A stretch of DNA of 64,000 nt, from the NCBI GenBank assembly GCA_017456005.1, contig JAFTLJ010000028.1, positions 5,774 to 69,773 of the forward strand, written 5' to 3'. Shown here piece after piece: positions 28,543-36,334 of this stretch (position 1 is the first letter of the stretch; every line of letters starts with the position of its first letter). A program made the position numbers and the translations under genes. The notes under the pieces are model-generated. The model ran no database searches, was not told the origin of the DNA, and worked only from the letters and a program-made list of their open reading frames with translations. The stretch comes from Clostridia bacterium (GTDB lineage Bacteria; Bacillota; Clostridia; Oscillospirales; CAG-272).

Positions 28543-29775
28543 ATGAAAAAAATTATTTCTGTTTTTCTCGTAGTGCTCCTTTTCGTATGCACGCTTTCCG
28601 TTTCTGCTTTTGCAGAGGAGGATGCGTATGCCTACGATATGGAATACTACTCTAAATTCAAAGGTCAGAACGTTACTATATACGTTTATAACTGGGGCGA
28701 ATATATTTCCGACGGCAGCGATGATTCTATGGACGTTGTTAAGGAATTCGAAGCGCTTACGGGTATAAATGTGGAATATACCACGTTCGACAGCAACGAA
28801 TCGCTTTTCGCAAAGCTGAAAAGCGGCAGCGCAAGCTATGACGTTATCATCCCCTCCGACTACATGGTTTCCCGCCTTGCAGACAACGGTATGCTGGCAA
28901 AGCTTGATTATGCGAATATACCTAATTTCGACAGGTATATAGACGCAGAGTTCAAAAACCCCGAATACGATGCGGCAAACGAATACAGTGTGCCTTATAT
29001 GTGGGGAACTGTTGGCGTTATCTACAATACAAAATACGTGGACGAAGCCGACATTGGCTCTTGGGACCTGCTTTGGAACGAAAAATACGCGGGCAAAATA
29101 CTTATGTTCGATAACTCGCGCGATGCGTTTGCCATAGCGCTTTCCAAGCTTGGATATTCTATGAACACCACCGATGCAGAGGAGCTTAAAGCCGCTGCGG
29201 CAGAGCTTGCAAAGCAGGGAAGCGTGGTTCAGGCATACGTTATGGACCAGATATTCGATAAAATGGTAGAGGAAAACGCATACGTAGCACCGTATTACGC
29301 AGGCGACTACCTCACTATGGCAGAGGATAACGAAGACCTTGCCTTCTATATCCCCAAAGAGGGCACCAACCTTTTTACAGATGCAATGTGCATCCCCTCC
29401 ACCTGCCAGAATAAGGCGGCGGCGGAAATGTTTATAAACTTTATGTGCGAGCCCACAGTTTCCGCGGCTAACACAGATTATATTTGCTATTCCACGCCGA
29501 TTTCCGCGGCGAAGGAGCTTATAGACCCCGAAATGGCGGAAAGCGAGATAGCTTACCCGAGCGCAGAGGTGCTTGCGAAAACGGAAAGATATAAAAACCT
29601 TTCCGATGAGGCAAACCAGCTTATGGACGACCTTTGGATCTCCGGTGTGCGCACAAACGAGCTTACACCCGGCTTTTGGATAAGCCTCGGCGTTATATGC
29701 GTGCTCGCCCTTGCGGCGGTATTCCGCAATATGTACGTTAAGAAAAAACGCATGGAAGCGCGAATGAAATATTAA
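28543..29775 (+). CDS. potD: Polyamine ABC transporter substrate-binding protein with an extra C-terminal TM helix
   Basis: Start moved to ATG 28543 (MKKIISVFLVVLLF.. signal peptide behind AAGGAG). PotD-like core (YDVIIPSDYMV..., PYMWGTVGVIYN). The C-terminus FWISLGVICVLALAAVF + KKKR is hydrophobic. Confidence 0.85.
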   Translation: MKKIISVFLVVLLFVCTLSVSAFAEEDAYAYDMEYYSKFKGQNVTIYVYNWGEYISDGSDDSMDVVKEFEALTGINVEYTTFDSNESLFAKLKSGSASYDVIIPSDYMVSRLADNGMLAKLDYANIPNFDRYIDAEFKNPEYDAANEYSVPYMWGTVGVIYNTKYVDEADIGSWDLLWNEKYAGKILMFDNSRDAFAIALSKLGYSMNTTDAEELKAAAAELAKQGSVVQAYVMDQIFDKMVEENAYVAPYYAGDYLTMAEDNEDLAFYIPKEGTNLFTDAMCIPSTCQNKAAAEMFINFMCEPTVSAANTDYICYSTPISAAKELIDPEMAESEIAYPSAEVLAKTERYKNLSDEANQLMDDLWISGVRTNELTPGFWISLGVICVLALAAVFRNMYVKKKRMEARMKY

Positions 29776-29802
29776 AAAACATGCAATAATACAGTGCTTG
29801 AA

Positions 29803-29831
29803 GAAAAAACGCGGGATTTTCCGCGTTTTTT
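29803..29831 (+). terminator. Intrinsic terminator after potD
   Basis: AAAAACGCGG-GATTT-TCCGCGTTTTTT. Confidence 0.8.
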
Positions 29832-30007
29832 GGCAACTGCCAAAAAATTACATATAATATGTTATATATTTCCTTGCTCAGTAAAAATTAAAAAAATGTA
29901 ACAATTTGTGAAATAAATTTTAAAGAGTAAGAAAAATTCTTGACTATTTCGACATATGTGTGTAAAATAAATATGTTAGAGTTTTATTTGGCCGAAAGGA
30001 GCGACTG

Positions 30008-31477
30008 ATGAAATTTGAATGGAATAAAAAATATGCCCAAATAGCTTTTTGGGTATGCTTGGTCGTGCTTTTTACGGTTATATGCGTATTCTTTTTCTTG
30101 AATTACAATAACTTTGGGGCATACGCCAAAAAATTTATAAGTGTTTTAAACCCCATTTTTTACGGTGTGGTAATAGCCTACGTGCTGAATAAAATACTTA
30201 ATATATTTGAAAAAAGAATTTTTAAATTTTTAGATAAAAAAGAGGGCAGAGCGCGCCTTAAACGCACTCTTTCCATTCTCTGTACTTACGTAACGGTTAT
30301 CGCTTTTATCACACTCTTTATATGGCTTATCGCGCCGCAGGTAGTAGAGGGTATTACCGATTTGATAGTTATGATACCTTTCTATATAGAAACCTTTTCG
30401 GATTGGATATACAGTATCGGCGATTTGGACCCTGCGATTTCCGATATTATTATGAAGGGTATGGAATATCTTGAAAATATTTATAACATGCTCGGCGAAA
30501 TAGTGGCGACGGTAGTGCCACAAATTACGGAGTGGCTTGGGCAGACGGTAACGTTCCTTAAAGACCTTGTTATAGGCATTATCCTTTCCATATACTTCCT
30601 TATGCAGAAGGAGCGCTTTATAGCGCAGGGCAAACGCCTTTGCCGGGCTATTTTCCAGGATAAAGGCTATGGAAAAGCGGTTAAGCTCATAAAGGATATA
30701 GATAACTCCTTCGGCGGATATCTTATAGCGATGGGTGTGGATTCATTCCTTGTAATGTGCGAATGCTTACTGCTTTTCGGACTTGTCGACATACCTTACT
30801 ATCAGCTTATAAGCTTTATAGTGGGTGTTACGAACTTCATTCCTTTCTTTGGTCCGTTTATCGGTGCCATACCCTCGGCAATAATCATCTTTATCGCAGA
30901 CCCCATGACCCCGATGAATGTCATTATATTTATATTACTCATTCTCGTTATTCAGCAGATAGACGGTAATATAATAGCCCCCAAAATAATCGGCTCTCAT
31001 ATAGGCATTTCTTCCGTTTGGGTCGTTATAGCCGTTACGATTATGTCCGGCTTCTTCGGATTTATCGGTATGGTAATAGGCGTGCCCCTCTTCTCTGTGA
31101 TATACACGCTTATAGACGACGCTATCGCAAGCAGGCTGGAAAAGAAAAATTGCGATACGGAAATTTTCGATTTCTATTCCGAAGACAATATGGGTAAAAC
31201 GATGGAGATCGAAATAATGAAGGCGGAGGAGCGCAAGGCTCAGAACCCGAATTTCTTCGATAAATTTTTCAAGAAGTTAAAAGGCAAGGGCCGCCATGGT
31301 AAGCACAGTGCAGGCAAGCATCAATATGATGAAACCACCGTTACGGTACAAGAATTTTCCACAGAAGAATTTATGGCGAATTATGAAAGCGCTCTTGACG
31401 ATGTTACCGAATATGGCGCGGAAGATGAAGTGCCCACGGAAAAATACGAAGGCGAAGACGAAGCCTCTCAAAACTAA
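30008..31477 (+). CDS. AI-2E family transporter (PerM/UPF0118) with an acidic C-terminal tail
   Basis: Multi-TM protein with a conserved ..FIPFFGPFIGAIP.. segment and a ~110-aa hydrophilic tail. A+T-rich. Confidence 0.8.
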   Translation: MKFEWNKKYAQIAFWVCLVVLFTVICVFFFLNYNNFGAYAKKFISVLNPIFYGVVIAYVLNKILNIFEKRIFKFLDKKEGRARLKRTLSILCTYVTVIAFITLFIWLIAPQVVEGITDLIVMIPFYIETFSDWIYSIGDLDPAISDIIMKGMEYLENIYNMLGEIVATVVPQITEWLGQTVTFLKDLVIGIILSIYFLMQKERFIAQGKRLCRAIFQDKGYGKAVKLIKDIDNSFGGYLIAMGVDSFLVMCECLLLFGLVDIPYYQLISFIVGVTNFIPFFGPFIGAIPSAIIIFIADPMTPMNVIIFILLILVIQQIDGNIIAPKIIGSHIGISSVWVVIAVTIMSGFFGFIGMVIGVPLFSVIYTLIDDAIASRLEKKNCDTEIFDFYSEDNMGKTMEIEIMKAEERKAQNPNFFDKFFKKLKGKGRHGKHSAGKHQYDETTVTVQEFSTEEFMANYESALDDVTEYGAEDEVPTEKYEGEDEASQN

Positions 31478-31521
31478 ATAATATTCGGGCGCTCGCCGAA
31501 ATATGCGTGCGCCCGGCAAAC

Positions 31522-31596
31522 GCCCTCATAGTTAAATGGATATAACAAACCCCTCCTAAGGGTTAGTTATGGGTTCGATTCCCGTTGGGGGTGCCA
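31522..31596 (+). tRNA. tRNA-Arg (anticodon CCT), CCA encoded
   Basis: Hand-folded cloverleaf. Acceptor stem GCCCTCA/TGGGGGT (two G-U pairs). D arm GTTA-AATGGATA-TAAC. Anticodon arm AACCC-CTCCTAA-GGGTT. T arm ATGGG-TTCGATT-CCCGT. Discriminator G, then CCA. Total 75 nt. Confidence 0.85.
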
Positions 31597-31731
31597 GAAA
31601 AAAGCACTTGCGCAAAGGCAACTTCTTATAAGGAAGTTTAATTAAATTTGCTTTGCAGAAAACAAATAAATGACGCCGACAGGATATATGTCGGCGTTAT
31701 TTATTTCGTTCGATAAATTGGAATTTTATTA

Positions 31732-32358
31732 TTAGAATAATCCTCTGTTATATTTGAATTGCGCGTATAGGATAAAAACCAACCCAATCAGAATACCTAC
31801 ACCTATTGCCAATCCACTTGTCGCTATGTAACCTAACGCTTCTATAACGGCACCGGCAATGATTCCCACGCCTGCAATAAGCGTTCCAATACCGACGAAC
31901 ATACAATACACCTTTTGGTTCTCCTTCGTGACCTTACAGCGATTGTACCAATGGATCGTGCCGATATTTCCGCACATATTGAAGATACCGAGCAGTACAA
32001 AAATAACACCTAATCCTAACTGAACCAAGCTCTCTCGCAAAGATTCAATGAATATGAACCCCAATATAAACAGACCGATAGCGCAACCTGCCGCAAAACC
32101 AATGATGGCTTTTTTCTGTTGGTCAATAGTTTTATTCTTCGACACAAGGATTTCCTCATTGCTCTTGTTGGGGATAAGCTCGTCAATTGTAATGCCGAAA
32201 TAGTCGGCTAACAGTTGGAGTGATTCGTCACTCGGTAAGCCCAATCCGTTCTCCCATTTTGCAACGGCAGATCTTGAGATATGTATATCTGCTGCGAGCT
32301 TTGCTTGTGAGATGCCTTTTTCGCTACGCAGTTCTTTTAATTTTTCGGAAAATTCCAT
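31732..32358 (-). CDS. XRE-family HTH protein with a C-terminal multi-TM domain
   Basis: The N-terminal LKELRSEKGISQAKLAADIHISRSAVAKWENG motif is followed by about 4 hydrophobic helices. A+T-rich. Confidence 0.7.
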   Translation of the reverse strand: MEFSEKLKELRSEKGISQAKLAADIHISRSAVAKWENGLGLPSDESLQLLADYFGITIDELIPNKSNEEILVSKNKTIDQQKKAIIGFAAGCAIGLFILGFIFIESLRESLVQLGLGVIFVLLGIFNMCGNIGTIHWYNRCKVTKENQKVYCMFVGIGTLIAGVGIIAGAVIEALGYIATSGLAIGVGILIGLVFILYAQFKYNRGLF

Positions 32359-32579
32359 AGAAACACCTCCGTTCTTTACTGAACATATTTTATCATATTT
32401 TGGATTAAAAATCTACCATTTGAGGTGTTACTTTGATGGGGTGCGCTGTTACTTTTATAAATAACAACAAATTCTTATTTATCGCTCTGTTTCATCGCCA
32501 GTTTCGCCTTTGTATTACAAAGGCTTCGGGCAAAGCCCATACCTCTATTCAATATAACACAAATCAGCAGAGAAAGCAG

Positions 32580-32749
32580 AGTGATATTCCGACTTCGTCG
32601 GAGTGATATTATTGCTTCGCAATAGTGATATTGAAGCTTTCAGCTTCAGTGTTATTTAATTCGCCTCCAAAACTTGCGAAGCAAATATCACTCGTCGTAA
32701 GACGAATACCACTGCGAAGCAATAGAACTCGCCGCAGGCGAATAAAACT
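32580..32749. repeat. Word-plus-mini-hairpin array, block A (word AGTGATATT / AATATCACT, arms inverted)
   Basis: Left arm: three AGTGATATT words at an exact 22-nt spacing plus AGTGTTATT, each followed by a different perfect mini-hairpin. Right arm: four mini-hairpins, each followed by AATATCACT, AATACCACT, AATAGAACT or AATAAAACT. Confidence 0.75.
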
Positions 32750-32795
32750 GCCAAACCTCCTTATGAGAAGTTGGGCAAAGCAAGTGCTTTTTTCA

Positions 32796-32959
32796 ATGAA
32801 GCGCACCTGCGGTGCATGAAAAATGAAGCCGAGCTTCGCTCTATGAAGCGAGCCTTCGGCTCATGGAGAAGTTACTATGTGCTTCGCTTCATGTTTGCAT
32901 AGCAAACGCTTCATGCGAGCGTAGCAAGCGCATCATATCGGCGCAAGCCGATGCTTCAT
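32796..32959. repeat. Word-plus-mini-hairpin array, block B (word ATGAAGC / GCTTCAT, arms inverted)
   Basis: Left arm: three ATGAAGC words, each followed by a hairpin (gcaccTGCggtgc, gagCTTCGctc, gagccTTCGgctc). Right arm: hairpins (tttgCATAGcaaa, GCGTAGC, tcggcGCAAgccga), each followed by GCTTCAT or CATCAT. Confidence 0.75.
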
Positions 32960-32964
32960 AGTAT

Positions 32965-32996
32965 AAAAAAGCCTAACGCATGGCGTTAGGCTTTTT
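32965..32996. terminator. Bidirectional terminator hairpin (ridA 3' end / end of the hairpin-array region)
   Basis: AAAAAAGCCTAACGC-ATG-GCGTTAGGCTTTTT. Confidence 0.8.
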
Positions 32997-33069
32997 GTGG
33001 GTGAAATTCGTCTGTGTCAACTATAAGATGCCCGAAAATTGGGCTGTACATGGGGTTTTAGCGAATGGT

Positions 33070-33447
33070 TTATTCAACTTCTGCGATAACTTCTACTTCG
33101 CAAAGAACGTTCTTTGGCAACGTTTTTGCCGCTACGCAGGAGCGCGCGGGCTTGGAAACGAAATATTTGCCGTAGATTGCGTTGAATGCGGCGAAATCGC
33201 CCATATCGGAAAGGAAGCAAGTAGTTTTTACAACCTTTTCGAAGGATGTGCCTGCCGCTTCGAGAAGCGCGCCGATGTTTTTGCAAACCTGCTCTGTCTG
33301 TTCTTCGATAGTAACTGCTTCAACAGCGCCTGTGGCAGGGTTTATGGCAATCTGACCGGATGTGAAAAGCAAGCCGACCGTTATAATACCCTGGGAGTAG
33401 GGGCCGATGGCGTCGGGTGCATTTTTTGTATAGATAACCTTGGACAT
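33070..33447 (-). CDS. ridA: RidA family reactive-intermediate deaminase (YjgF/L-PSP)
   Basis: 125 aa with AP.AIGPYSQGI......SGQI...P.TG........EQT.Q...N...L..AG......VK...FL.DM.DF..N..Y..YF....PARS.V.V..LP..V..E...IA. Confidence 0.9.
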   Translation of the reverse strand: MSKVIYTKNAPDAIGPYSQGIITVGLLFTSGQIAINPATGAVEAVTIEEQTEQVCKNIGALLEAAGTSFEKVVKTTCFLSDMGDFAAFNAIYGKYFVSKPARSCVAAKTLPKNVLCEVEVIAEVE

Positions 33448-33463
33448 AGTAAACCTCCGTGTT

Positions 33464-34663
33464 TTACTGTATGATTTTGAAGCCTTCTTTTGTAAGGCTG
33501 TTTTTTATTTCTTCGATATGCTCGAAGCTCTTTGTTTCCATACCGAGGCGCAGGAAGCAGCCGTTTACTGCCTGTGCGTCGCCGTGCTCGTGGTGAACGG
33601 AAACAACGTTGCCGCCGCATTCTGCGATTATATGGGAAACCATTTCGAGCTGACCGGGCTTATCTATAAGCTCGATAACGATAGAGCAAGCTCTGCCGCT
33701 CTTGTGAAGACCGCGGTCTATAACGCGGGAAAGGATAGTAACGTCGATATTGCCGCCCGAAACGATGCAAACAACTTTTTTGCCCTCTACGGGAACTTTG
33801 CCGAACTTAACTGCCGCAACGGAAACAGCACCTGCACCCTCTGCGATAAGCTTCTGGTTTTCGATGAGGTGGAGTATAGCCGCGGAAATTTCGTCTTCTG
33901 TGACGGTTACTATTTCGTCTACGTATTTTTTGCAGTATTCAAATGTGTTTTCGCCCGGGGCTTTAACCGCGATACCGTCTGCAAAAGTGGAAACAGAGGG
34001 GAGCTTTTCGGGCACACCCGTTGTAACGGCGTTGTACATAGAGGGGGCCCCTGCCGCCTGAACACCGTATATCTTAACAGAGGGCTTGAGCGTTTTGAGC
34101 GCGTATGCCACACCGGAAATAAGCCCACCGCCGCCTACGGGAACAACAACTACATCTACATCGGGAAGCTCGTTGAGCACCTCAAGGCCTATTGTGCCCT
34201 GACCTGCGATAACGTCGTCATCGTCAAACGGGTGAATGAACGTATAGCCCAGCTCATCTCTCTGGCGGATAGCCTCTGCATAGGCATCGTCGTAAACACC
34301 GTCTACCAAGCAAACCTCTGCGCCGTAGCCTTTTGTGGCCTGAACCTTGGAAATAGGCGCGCCTGCAGGCAGACAGATTACGGATTTTATGCCCTGCTTC
34401 GTAGCGGCGAGGGCAACGCCCTGTGCGTGGTTGCCTGCAGAGCAAGCGATAACGCCGTGCGCTTTTTCTTCGTCGGTAAGCTGTGAAATTTTATAAGCAG
34501 AGCCGCGTACCTTGAAAGAACCCGTAAGCTGAAGGTTTTCGGGCTTCAAATAGAGCTTGCAGGAAAGTTCCGCGCTCATACGGGGCGCTTCTATAAGCTG
34601 TGTATGGCGCACAACGGGCTCCAGCACGCGCGCCGCATCGTAAACTTTATCTATGGTCAACAT
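33464..34663 (-). CDS. ilvA: Threonine ammonia-lyase (threonine dehydratase)
   Basis: PLP-fold SFKVRGA-type motif (GSFKVRGSAYKI), GNHAQGVALAA, and a C-terminal ACT-like domain. Start set to the ATG at 34663 behind GGAGG. Confidence 0.9.
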   Translation of the reverse strand: MLTIDKVYDAARVLEPVVRHTQLIEAPRMSAELSCKLYLKPENLQLTGSFKVRGSAYKISQLTDEEKAHGVIACSAGNHAQGVALAATKQGIKSVICLPAGAPISKVQATKGYGAEVCLVDGVYDDAYAEAIRQRDELGYTFIHPFDDDDVIAGQGTIGLEVLNELPDVDVVVVPVGGGGLISGVAYALKTLKPSVKIYGVQAAGAPSMYNAVTTGVPEKLPSVSTFADGIAVKAPGENTFEYCKKYVDEIVTVTEDEISAAILHLIENQKLIAEGAGAVSVAAVKFGKVPVEGKKVVCIVSGGNIDVTILSRVIDRGLHKSGRACSIVIELIDKPGQLEMVSHIIAECGGNVVSVHHEHGDAQAVNGCFLRLGMETKSFEHIEEIKNSLTKEGFKIIQ

Positions 34664-34675
34664 AATATGCCTCCG

Positions 34676-34714
34676 AAAAAAGTGAAAACCGCCCCGATAT
34701 TGGGCGGTTGCCAC
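34676..34714 (-). terminator. Terminator-like hairpin inside the short ilvA leader
   Basis: The minus strand reads GTGGCAACCGCCC-AATATC-GGGGCGGTTTTCAC followed by TTTTTT. The U-tract abuts the ilvA Shine-Dalgarno. Confidence 0.6.
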
Positions 34715-34733
34715 TCAAATATATCATAAAATT

Positions 34734-34762
34734 ATTATAATTTTCGGAAAGGGAATTGTCAA
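34734..34762 (-). promoter_or_regulatory. Sigma-A-type promoter TTGACA-17-TATAAT upstream of ilvA
   Basis: On the minus strand, TTGACA occupies 34762-34757 and TATAAT occupies 34739-34734, with an exact 17-nt spacer. Confidence 0.6.
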
Positions 34763-34803
34763 TAGTTTTTTAAAGAAAATGCGCGTAAATTGTATACATT
34801 GCT

Positions 34804-35595
34804 TTAAAGAGCGATATCAAGCAACATCATAAGCGCAAATCCCACCAGCGTGAAAAGCGCCGTCACGTTTTTATTTTCCGCCGTGCCGCTTTCGGGCAAA
34901 AGCTCTGCCGCTACCACGTAGATCATAGCGCCCGCCGCGAAAGAAAGGCAAAACGGCAAAAGCGTGCGCACGTACACCACGAGCAAAGCGCCGAAAACAC
35001 CTGCTACGGGCTCTACAGCTCCGCTTGCTTGCCCCCAAAAGAAAGCGCGGGCACGGGAAGCGCCCTCGCGCCGAAGCGGCAGGCTTACAGCCGCCCCCTC
35101 GGGAAAGTTTTGCAAGCCTATGCCAAGGGCGAGCAAGCATGCAGAGGCAAACGCCGCACCGCCTGCGCCGCGCGCGATCGCACCAAATGCCACGCCTACG
35201 CACAGCCCCTCCGGTATATTATGCAAGGTAACGGAGAAAACGAGCATGGCGGCGCGGCTTTTTTGCCCGGCTGTTTTTCCGCGCTTTGCGGCGCGTGCAA
35301 GCAGAGTATCTCCCACAAAAAGCAGCGCTCCGCCCGAAAGAAAGCCGAAAAGCAGCACCGCGGGCGCGGAAAAGCCGAGTTCTGCACACATTTCCTCTGC
35401 AGGCAGCAGAAGCGACCAAAAAGAAGCCGCCACCATAACTCCCGCCGCAAAGCCGAGCATTGCATCCAGCACGTTTTTATTTATTTTTTTGAAGAAGAAT
35501 ACAAGCGCCGCCCCTGCCGCCGTGACTCCCCAGGTGAAAAGCGTCGCCGCCAGCGTCTGAACGTGTGGCGGAAGCGCAGAAAAGAATTTTATCAT
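34804..35595 (-). CDS. ZIP family metal (zinc) transporter
   Basis: 8-TM protein with HNIPEGLCVG and NFPEGAAV motifs typical of ZupT/ZIP transporters. Confidence 0.85.
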   Translation of the reverse strand: MIKFFSALPPHVQTLAATLFTWGVTAAGAALVFFFKKINKNVLDAMLGFAAGVMVAASFWSLLLPAEEMCAELGFSAPAVLLFGFLSGGALLFVGDTLLARAAKRGKTAGQKSRAAMLVFSVTLHNIPEGLCVGVAFGAIARGAGGAAFASACLLALGIGLQNFPEGAAVSLPLRREGASRARAFFWGQASGAVEPVAGVFGALLVVYVRTLLPFCLSFAAGAMIYVVAAELLPESGTAENKNVTALFTLVGFALMMLLDIAL

Positions 35596-35656
35596 AAGCC
35601 ATATCCTTTAAACCTTTTTAGGATATAATATGACAAAGCTCGCACGGCGGTGAAAA

Positions 35657-35683
35657 GAAAAAAGGCACTCTTGCGAGTGCCTT
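35657..35683 (-). terminator. Intrinsic terminator after the small lipoprotein gene
   Basis: The minus strand reads AAGGCACTC-GCAA-GAGTGCCTTTTTTC. Confidence 0.75.
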
Positions 35684-35699
35684 GAAAAGTTATTTTAAC

Positions 35700-36089
35700 T
35701 TATTTTGTTTTTGTGTATGTGATAATACCGATTTTGATTGTGCCGGCATCTTTGTTTTCAGAGAAAGAATGTGTGCCGCCGAAAGATTTTGTATCGTCGT
35801 TGTTGTCTTCGAATTCGAATGTGATGGACATTGTGCCGTCTTCAGCTTCTGTGATTTCGTATGTGCCTTCATATTCTGCTGTAGAAGAACCTGTGATGAA
35901 GTTGGAACCTGTTACTGTAAGAATAACTTTGCTACCTTTGAATGTGAAAGATGTTTTGCCGCCTACAAGACCGCCAAGGCTTGCTTCAGCAGAGTATGTA
36001 CCGGAAAGTGTTTTACCGCAAGAAGCGAGAACGAGGCAAAGCATTGCAGCAACGAGAACGAGTGCGAGAACTTTTGTAAGTTTTGTCAT
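35700..36089 (-). CDS. Small secreted lipoprotein, function unknown
   Basis: Start set to ATG 36089 behind GGAGG. MTKLTKVLALVLVAAMLCLVLASCGK has a lipobox (LASC). The mature part is beta-rich and Thr/Gly/Ser-rich. Confidence 0.6.
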   Translation of the reverse strand: MTKLTKVLALVLVAAMLCLVLASCGKTLSGTYSAEASLGGLVGGKTSFTFKGSKVILTVTGSNFITGSSTAEYEGTYEITEAEDGTMSITFEFEDNNDDTKSFGGTHSFSENKDAGTIKIGIITYTKTK

Positions 36090-36334
36090 TGTGATTTTCC
36101 TCCATAAAAATTTAGTATAAATAAATAAAATAAATATTAGCATAGGATAACTGCCTATACAATAATTATTATATACATCTTACAAAAAAAGTCAAGCATT
36201 TTTGTTCATAATTTGTTTATCAAATGTTCATTTTTGTAAGCAGAGGTTTATTTTTTTTAAGCACTTGACGGCACAAAAACATCGTGATAAAATTAGCATA
36301 TAACTATACCCAATCGATTTGGAGATGAACCAAT

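Noticed and set aside
32609-32819. ORFs 32609..32806 (-) and 32625..32819 (+) inside the hairpin-array region as real small proteins.
   Set aside because: Both are by-products of the palindromic repeats and translate to repetitive Arg/Leu/Ser strings. They overlap each other on opposite strands and have no Shine-Dalgarno.
32580-32959. A CRISPR array, considered here and at the heptad repeats (53541-53598).
   Set aside because: The constant parts are only 7-9 nt. The intervening segments are 7-15-nt palindromes rather than 25-40-nt unique spacers. The units switch orientation mid-array. No cas genes are present in the window.
31522-33069. An integrated prophage or genomic island at tRNA-Arg.
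   Set aside because: I could find no integrase, phage genes or direct repeat of the tRNA 3' end. Only the compositional oddity and the repeat arrays remain, and these are reported as findings at lower certainty.
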